In this document: positions 37,699 through 40,945 of the stretch, in pieces
Numbering within the stretch: the stretch's first letter is position 1
Layout: each line of letters begins with the position of its first letter
From: Rubrivivax sp.
Lineage (GTDB): Bacteria; Pseudomonadota; Gammaproteobacteria; Burkholderiales; Burkholderiaceae_C
Length of the DNA stretch: 40,945 nt
Assembly (NCBI GenBank): GCA_043776165.1
Contig: JAYVRO010000555.1
Coordinates: 1-40,945 of the forward strand
Reading direction: 5' to 3'
The notes under the pieces: generated by a model
Told to the model about the DNA's origin: nothing
Seen by the model: only the letters and a program-made list of their open reading frames with translations
Database searches by the model: none
Made by a program: the position numbers and the translations under genes

Positions 37699-40600
37699 TC
37701 AGACCCGCAAGGCGTTGGCCGATAACACCGCGCGGTTCACGCTATTGCGCTGCAAAAAGCTGTCCACAAAGGGTGCCGGCACCGTGCTGGCCGCGCACTC
37801 GCTCACCCAATGGCGCACCTCGGCCAAAACCTGTGCCGCGCGGTCGTGGTGCCCAGCGGCGGCCAGCACACGCGCCATCTGCCAGCGCATTTGCGCGCGG
37901 TAGGCCATCGCGGGCTCAACCTCTGAGGCGATCTGCAAGGCCTGCTCGGCCAGGGCCGCAGCCGCGCGCTTGCTGTGCTGGGCCTGTTGCACCAACGCCA
38001 GCAGCCAAGCACCTTTGAGGCCCAACCGCCGAGCTTCACGGGCGCTGCGTGCGAGCGTCTGTTGGGCCACTTTCGGCGGCAGGGTTGCGGCCAGTTCGCA
38101 ATCAATGATGAGGGCCATTTCAGGCCAACCAGCGCGCGGTGCCGTGGCTTGCGCGCGTGCCAACATGGTTTGTGCGTTGCCTCCCGGTGCGCGCTCCAGA
38201 CGAGAAAGCAGCAACAAACGCCGGGCCTCAAAGTGGGCGGGCAGTTTGTCGTCCGCACCGGCCGCGTTCAGGGCTTGTTGCGCACGTGCAAATTGCCCCA
38301 GATCCAACCAAATGTGACCCAGGTGCAGATGCACCACGGGCAAGCGCGCAGGGTTGCTGGCCTGAAGCTCTGCCAAGGCCACATCGGCGGCTTGCAGCGC
38401 CTGGCCATAGTGGCCCATGGCACGCGCGCACTGCATCTGCAACACAGCACAAAAGGCCACCGTGCTGCCACGCATGTCGTAAGTCGCAATGACGCGCTGC
38501 GCCTGCTCGACGTGACTGCGCGCTTGGGCCACATCGCCCACATTCAAACGGCTCACCGCCTGGTTGCCCAGCAGCGAGACTTGCTGCGCCAGGTCGCCAC
38601 CCGCCGCTGCAGCGGCAATGGCCACGCTGCGCTGGTGGCTGGATTCGTCGGTGCGGCCCAAGTTGTCAAGCACCACGGCAAAGTTGTCGTGCAACTCGGC
38701 TTGTTCGGCCTGGCTGAGCACGGGATGCCAAGCGGCTTCATCGGCGAGCAAAACCTCAAAGTGCGCCAAGGCATCGTCAAATCGCCCCGCCATGGCCAAG
38801 GCCGTGGCCAAGCGTTGCTGGACGACACATTGCAGGCGAGCACGGCCTTGCGCATTGCCAAGGTTGTGCGCCAAGGCCAGCGCCTGCTCACCGTGGAGAA
38901 TTGCACCTTCCACATTGGTCAAATGCGTGCAGTACCAAGCGCGCTGGCCCAGCGCGTCACAACGCTGCGTGGGTGTTTGCGCCAAACGGTCCAGACGGTC
39001 GAGCAACGAAAAACCGCTGGCTTGGCGGATGCTGTTCATGTGGGTGTCCACGGCCAGCGTGACACTCTCGAAGGCCTGTGTCAGATCGCCAGCCGCTTCG
39101 GCGATGTCGGCAGCGCGCAGCAAAAACTCGATGCGCTCGCGCTCACGCAGCGCAGCGTGCGCGCGGTCTGCCGCCGCGTGCAAGGCGGGCAGGGCGCGTT
39201 CGCGCTGCCCGGCGGCTTCCCAATGAGCGGCAATGCGCGCAGGCTCACCCTGCGCCGCTTGCACAAACAGCGCGGCCTGTTCGTGCAAATGGCGGGCAAT
39301 GACGTCCGGCAGGCCAGCCATCACGGCTTCAAAAATCAAGTCATGCGCAAAGTCAGTGCCAAGCAGCAATTGCTGCTTTTCCAGCTCACGCCAAGGGTCG
39401 GCCAATTGCAAGGCGTTTTGGCCGAGAACGCCGATGGCCAAAGGCAGCGAAAAATCCACGCCAGCGATGGCCGCCAAGCGCGCCAACATCAACGCCGCTG
39501 GCGACAAGCGTGCCAGCTGCAAAGCCATGAGCTGCGCCAGGCTCTGCGGTGTGGGCAGCTGATGGCCCAGGCTGTCGGCCAAGTCCACGGGGCTGCGCAA
39601 GCCGCCTTGTGCCCAAGCCAGCTTGAGTGTCTCCAGTGCAAAAAGCGGGTTGCCACCACTGCGTTGGCGCAGACTGGGCGCCAGACGTGCACCTTGCACG
39701 CCGTCCAACTGCAAAGAGTCGACCAACTCGGCCACGTGCTCGACGGTCAAAGGTTGCACGGTGATCAGCGTGAAGGGCGCGGCCGTGCCGAGCGCAGCCA
39801 ACAACTCTTGCAAACGCGAGCCGGGCTCGGGCGGGCGCATGCCCAGGCACCAACGCAGGGGCGTGTCGGCGCGGGGAGCACACAAAAGGCTCTCCAACAA
39901 GTCGATGCTGGCGCCGTCAGCAAAGTGCGCGTCGTCCAGCACCAAGCCAGTGATGTGCTCGTGCGCCCGGCCCAGCAACTCTGCGACCGGTTCGATCATC
40001 GACTGCGGCAAGGCTTGGCGCTGCGCTTTGGGCAAGATGCTGGCGGCCGGCGCCAGGCTGGGCAACAAGGGTGCCAGGCGTTGCCTTGTGCTGTCGTCAA
40101 AAGCCCCGGGCGCATGTTCTGCCAAGACCGACAAAAGACGCGCAAAGCTGGCGTAGGGCACCAAAGCATCGCCTGGGCGCCCAGCCGCCAGCACCAGGCC
40201 CGGTGATTCGGCGGCCAAGCTGCGCAACAAGCGTGACTTGCCCATGCCTGCCTCGCCACTGATCACCACCAAGCCGCCTGCTGCCCAGCCGTGTCGCAGC
40301 GTGTGCATCTCGGCGTGCCGGTCGATCAAGCGGGGAGGACGCAACAAAGCCACGGGCATGGCGGACGCAAAAACCGGCGCGGCAGCCATGCTGGGTTGAG
40401 CTTCGATGCTTTGCAAAAGCGCCAGGGTCTCGGCGCTGGGCACCGTGCCTACCTCGTGTTTGAGCAAGGCTTCGCAGCGGTCAAAGGCCAGCAACGCCGC
40501 AGCACGGTCGCCGCGCAGGTAGTGCAAACGCATGACACGACGGTGGGCGTCTTCAGAGAGCGGCTCGGCGTCCAGCAAGGCCTGGGCCAATGGCAACGCG

Positions 40601-40945
40601 GCCGCCACATCGCCCGCAGCTTCCAGCGCCTGGATGGCCGCTTCTTGCGCTTGGCGCGCCAAGCCCTTGCGCAGCGCGCGCTCACGCTCAAGCCACAGGC
40701 GAAGCTCGGGGAATGCGCTCGCATCCAGCTCACCGAGAAGGGTGCTTGCACCGCCCAGGTCGTGTGTCGCCTCATGCGTTAGTTCGAGCGAGGCACCGCC
40801 GCTGACCAAGTCGCGTCCAGCTTGTTTGCGCAAGCGAAAGAGGCGTTGGCGCAGTGCGTTGCGCGCAGCCGCCACCTCGCTGCCGGGCCACAGCAGCTCC
40901 GCCATGCGCTCGCGCGGTGTGGGGCCTTGCAAAGCCAGCCAGGCC
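37699..40945 (-). CDS. AfsR-like transcriptional regulator: OmpR-type wHTH + BTAD + ATPase + TPR-like repeats; 5' end outside the window
   Basis: AWLAL.GP..RE.MA.LLWP....ARN.LRQ.L.RLR (wHTH), EPLSE..HR..MRL....GDRAAAL..F..C...L..E.G..PS.ET (BTAD), GEAGMGKS Walker A, LVLDDAH Walker B, SGGNPLF and helical repeats. The frame is open to the window end. Confidence 0.9.
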   Translation of the reverse strand, partial: AWLALQGPTPRERMAELLWPGSEVAAARNALRQRLFRLRKQAGRDLVSGGASLELTHEATHDLGGASTLLGELDASAFPELRLWLERERALRKGLARQAQEAAIQALEAAGDVAAALPLAQALLDAEPLSEDAHRRVMRLHYLRGDRAAALLAFDRCEALLKHEVGTVPSAETLALLQSIEAQPSMAAAPVFASAMPVALLRPPRLIDRHAEMHTLRHGWAAGGLVVISGEAGMGKSRLLRSLAAESPGLVLAAGRPGDALVPYASFARLLSVLAEHAPGAFDDSTRQRLAPLLPSLAPAASILPKAQRQALPQSMIEPVAELLGRAHEHITGLVLDDAHFADGASIDLLESLLCAPRADTPLRWCLGMRPPEPGSRLQELLAALGTAAPFTLITVQPLTVEHVAELVDSLQLDGVQGARLAPSLRQRSGGNPLFALETLKLAWAQGGLRSPVDLADSLGHQLPTPQSLAQLMALQLARLSPAALMLARLAAIAGVDFSLPLAIGVLGQNALQLADPWRELEKQQLLLGTDFAHDLIFEAVMAGLPDVIARHLHEQAALFVQAAQGEPARIAAHWEAAGQRERALPALHAAADRAHAALRERERIEFLLRAADIAEAAGDLTQAFESVTLAVDTHMNSIRQASGFSLLDRLDRLAQTPTQRCDALGQRAWYCTHLTNVEGAILHGEQALALAHNLGNAQGRARLQCVVQQRLATALAMAGRFDDALAHFEVLLADEAAWHPVLSQAEQAELHDNFAVVLDNLGRTDESSHQRSVAIAAAAAGGDLAQQVSLLGNQAVSRLNVGDVAQARSHVEQAQRVIATYDMRGSTVAFCAVLQMQCARAMGHYGQALQAADVALAELQASNPARLPVVHLHLGHIWLDLGQFARAQQALNAAGADDKLPAHFEARRLLLLSRLERAPGGNAQTMLARAQATAPRAGWPEMALIIDCELAATLPPKVAQQTLARSAREARRLGLKGAWLLALVQQAQHSKRAAAALAEQALQIASEVEPAMAYRAQMRWQMARVLAAAGHHDRAAQVLAEVRHWVSECAASTVPAPFVDSFLQRNSVNRAVLSANALRV

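Noticed and set aside
37975-40206. 743-aa ORF on the + strand
   Set aside because: Antisense shadow of the BTAD regulator in GC-rich DNA, with no recognisable motifs. The same applies to 314..1762, 2256..3254 and 13227..14507.

Overview
This is a GC-rich betaproteobacterial chromosomal window; gene content and order look Burkholderiales-like (inference). The left part is mostly housekeeping: a partial M4 protealysin-like protease, a YheT-like hydrolase, purU, ilvE, a GT25 glycosyltransferase, radA, arfB, alr, lplT, a DMT transporter, glutathione peroxidase and tyrB. Four small non-coding inverted-repeat elements from two families are scattered through it, and the two families share an internal hairpin core. 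The middle holds an aldehyde dehydrogenase/SDR unit with a vapBC module inside it, and a peptide-type ABC/amidase cluster split by a ~7 kb block (LysR, epimerase, GAF, NarL-type two-component genes, Crp). The right part is regulatory: a LytS/LytTR system with an extra membrane protein, and a divergent trio of ECF sigma, putative anti-sigma and secreted protein. It ends with an AfsR-like SARP(BTAD)-ATPase-TPR regulator. That regulator is followed by four heptamer repeats in exact 11-bp phase, a -10-like hexamer 8 nt away and a 69-aa membrane microprotein. This last module and the MITE families are the most interesting features. I saw no rRNA, tRNA, CRISPR array or transposase. All calls come from motif recognition by eye, with no database searches.
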